Part shown: positions 61,366 through 64,000 of the stretch, piece after piece
How positions within the stretch are numbered: position 1 is the first letter of the stretch
Layout: every line of letters starts with the position of its first letter
DNA from: Felis catus
Lineage: Eukaryota
Assembly (NCBI RefSeq): GCF_018350175.1
Contig: NC_058368.1
Span: 105,774,001 to 105,838,000, forward strand
Reading direction: 5' to 3'
Length of the DNA: 64,000 nucleotides
Notes under the pieces: model-generated
Databases searched by the model: none
What the model saw: only the letters and a program-made list of their open reading frames with translations
Told to the model about the DNA's origin: nothing
Position numbers and translations under genes: made by a program

Positions 61366-63277
61366 ATATTTTTTGAGCTCAAGGAATAATCAGGCTTTTA
61401 AAAGTATATTTATGTAAAGCAAACCTGAGGTTTTAAGACCAAAATAAACTGAGTCCTTTTCATATACTGAGTCACCAGTGAGGGCACTGAAACATCCCTC
61501 CCTGGCAACCCTGACCACCTGCCTTGTGATGGAAATGTATGTTGCCACAATTGATCAGAATGCATACAATACTGCATGGGTAATCTTCCACATGTTTACC
61601 GACTACATGGTTGGGTCTCTGTAAGGTAAAGTCCTAGCACTAGAAATGCTGGGTCAAGGGTCCAGTTTGAAAAACACCAAACATACTCAGAACTGCTCTC
61701 TGAAGACAGACTCATTCTCACACCCTCTCCAACACAGAGTAGAGGTGACTGGTGTGATTTTTACTTATTTAAAGGGAGAAATATGGTATCTTGTTGTTCT
61801 TGAATTATGAACCGATTGTTCCAATTTTTTGGCAACAAATGGAAGGAAGTTAACTCTGTAGCAGGCACTTCATATTATAAAACCCATTCTATAAGTTACC
61901 TCTTTCAATTCTGAACTGCTAAGAAAGTATTTTTGCCATTATGGCAGAGGAAAAATTCAAAGTCAGAGATTAAGATCCACGTGGAGAATGAAAAATTAGA
62001 AAAGTGAAACCGAGACTGAACTTAGAGGCTCACCTCCCTCCAAAGCCCTGTGCCATCCACATCGTGTTCATCAAACCCAAGACACAGGTCATCGCACCCA
62101 CAGCTTATGGTAGCTTTGCCCTCTCTTAGCAGACCAAAGCCCTTCACCATATTGATGACTACTGTCGCAATCCCCCAAATGCCTCCTGCCTCCCCCAGGT
62201 ATGATCTCCCAACTCCCAAATATTCCACAAGCCTAATCTTGCTTTGCTTCCGGTTTCTCCCAAAGATGAATCTCCCAGCCATGTTCACTTAGGGAGAAAT
62301 TCTTTCTCTGTGCATTGAGAGAAACATTAAAGGCTTTTACTTCTGCAAATAAATGAGTAATTACTTTACCACAGCTGTACTGCATTTTGTTTCTAACGTA
62401 ATACCATTATTGAAAATCTCAGTGGAACATAGACTCAGTAAAGAAGGGCCCCTTTCACCATTCTCCACAGTCTTTCAAAACACAGGACTACCACCAACAT
62501 CAAAGAGCTCTGCAAGAATGAAGAGGCAGGAAAGATAATTAGGTGCTGGCCAATGGTGCAAACAAAATTGCTATCTTTGATGTCACATTTCATAAGGTTG
62601 AAGGCCATCAACGATGTGGTCCTAAAATTCACGGCCTATGAACTGAAAGGGCACTGTCCCGAGAGCAAAACCAATTAATTTACTTCATGCATAACAAAAA
62701 AAAATGCTGAAGACTAAAAACTAAAAAGATCATTTAAGCAGAAGGATATTGTCACTTTTGAAAAAGAAACTTAAAGAAACAGAAAAAATTTGTCATAAGT
62801 AATGAAGAGGCCAGAGACATAAATGATTAACACAAAAGATGGATCACAGGCCAGACAGATCAACAAAGTACCAAATTTTATGATGTCTAAGAAAAACACC
62901 TAGTACAGTTCATTAGGCAGGAATGATTCCAGGGAAAAATGGTACATGCTCCCAAAACATTTATCCATTATCATTAAAGTCAGATACAAAATCAGTGGGA
63001 ACCAATGCTGATATATCGCCTGATCCAAACACAATGACGTCACCAAGCTCAATCACAGTGGCAGTGAATAAAATGTTAAGCACAATTTGATGATAGCCTT
63101 TATACACTAATGTGGAGTCAAGCTACTATTTTCTTACTGAAATATCTGCTTACATCATTTCTTCCTGAGATATTTGTAAGGAACCATACATACAGTCACA
63201 CCTGATAAATCACACTCATCCCAGGAAAAAGGATACACAACCTGCTCTGTGATTCTGTCCTGACCAACAACTTCTAG

Positions 63278-63735
63278 TGTCACAACGTTAGGTGTTAGAG
63301 AGGTGAGGAAGCCTCCTGAGGAGAAAGTGAATGTCATGTGATTCACTACTGGGGTTTTAATTACTTGGGAGTTTGAGGGAAATGTTGAAGAGCATAGAAG
63401 ACCACTGATCATAAGGGCTTCTAAGAGGACATAGGTAACATCTGTCGACAGATCCATTAGACTTGCAAAGGGGGAGGCCCCACCTCTGTGACTTGCTTCC
63501 TAAACAACAGCAGGTAGTCAACAGATCTCTGCAGGTAGTGGTGGTCCATCATGGCTGGTGGTCTGCACTGGAGAAACCGGTCATTCTTGGTTCTCTGCTT
63601 GGAGCTTTATACCTGTTCCTCATACATAAGCACCAGGAAAGGCTCAGGAACAAAAGGATACCCCAGGGACACTCGGCAGGAAGGTTCCAGGAGTCTCATA
63701 CCAGCTCAGTAAAATAAAAATGAACATACCTTACA
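63278..63735 (-). mobile_element. Putative ancient solo LTR (possibly mammalian Gypsy or ERVL type)
   Basis: The reverse strand begins TGTAAGG, has TATAAAG mid-element and ATTAAA near the end, and finishes …gttgtgACA. About 460 bp, no TSD visible. Confidence 0.4.
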
Positions 63736-64000
63736 CAGCTGCCAAGTCTGTAATTGCCAATAAGCCCAAGAAGCCTGACCAGAATGGGTAGTGTGGGAAC
63801 TTACCTTGCGGATACACAAATACAAATGGAAAGACTGAAGTGTTTCTTTGGCTCATGAAGGTAAAACCCTTTCAACATCCAGACTCAACAGAAGGAAAAG
63901 AAAACCCAGCAGTCGCTGCTTCCAGCTAAATTAGTTGTCTAGAAGATCAGATGGAAGAAACAGCTTACAACACCACAAAATCTCTAAAAAATTAATACCC

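Noticed and set aside
63463..63717. 84-aa ORF or possible processed pseudogene
   Set aside because: I recognised no protein in the listed ORF or the three reverse frames, and there is no poly(A) with TSD. An old LTR explains it better.
1..64000. A novel gene, operon-like system or CRISPR array
   Set aside because: This is eukaryotic intron sequence. The recurring ~200-bp repeats are dispersed SINEs with individual TSDs, not regularly spaced repeat-spacer units. I recognised no coding signal beyond the FBN2 exons and L1 remnants.

Overview
This is mammalian genomic DNA, almost certainly from a cat-family (Felidae) genome, judged from many young SINEC_Fc-type CAN-SINEs and a felid-type L1 3' end. 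The whole window lies inside the fibrillin-2 gene (FBN2) on the minus strand. Three coding exons with canonical AG/GT boundaries are present: 54171-53974 (198 nt, first hybrid/TB-like domain), 40529-40404 and 346-221 (126 nt each, calcium-binding EGF domains). They probably correspond to human exons 6-8. The remaining ~99% is intron, about 13.4 kb and 40 kb plus part of the upstream intron. The introns contain about 28 CAN-SINEs, three multi-kb degenerate L1s (all antisense to FBN2), old L1/L2/MIR fragments, solo LTRs, hAT DNA-transposon fossils and microsatellites. Almost all listed ORFs are chance or repeat-derived. I found no evidence of a new gene or a previously undescribed biological system. 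The most interesting observations are retrotransposition and repair oddities: a 38-bp L1 5'-end remnant between perfect 18-bp direct repeats, an L1 whose 5'UTR joins straight to ORF2 with no ORF1, an L1 nested in an L1, serial SINE insertion at one site, two 42-bp tandem duplications, an old ~113-bp tandem repeat, a dispersed ~215-bp duplication and several short perfect palindromes. Repeat subfamily names come from recalled consensus sequences, not from a search, and the boundaries of old repeats are approximate.
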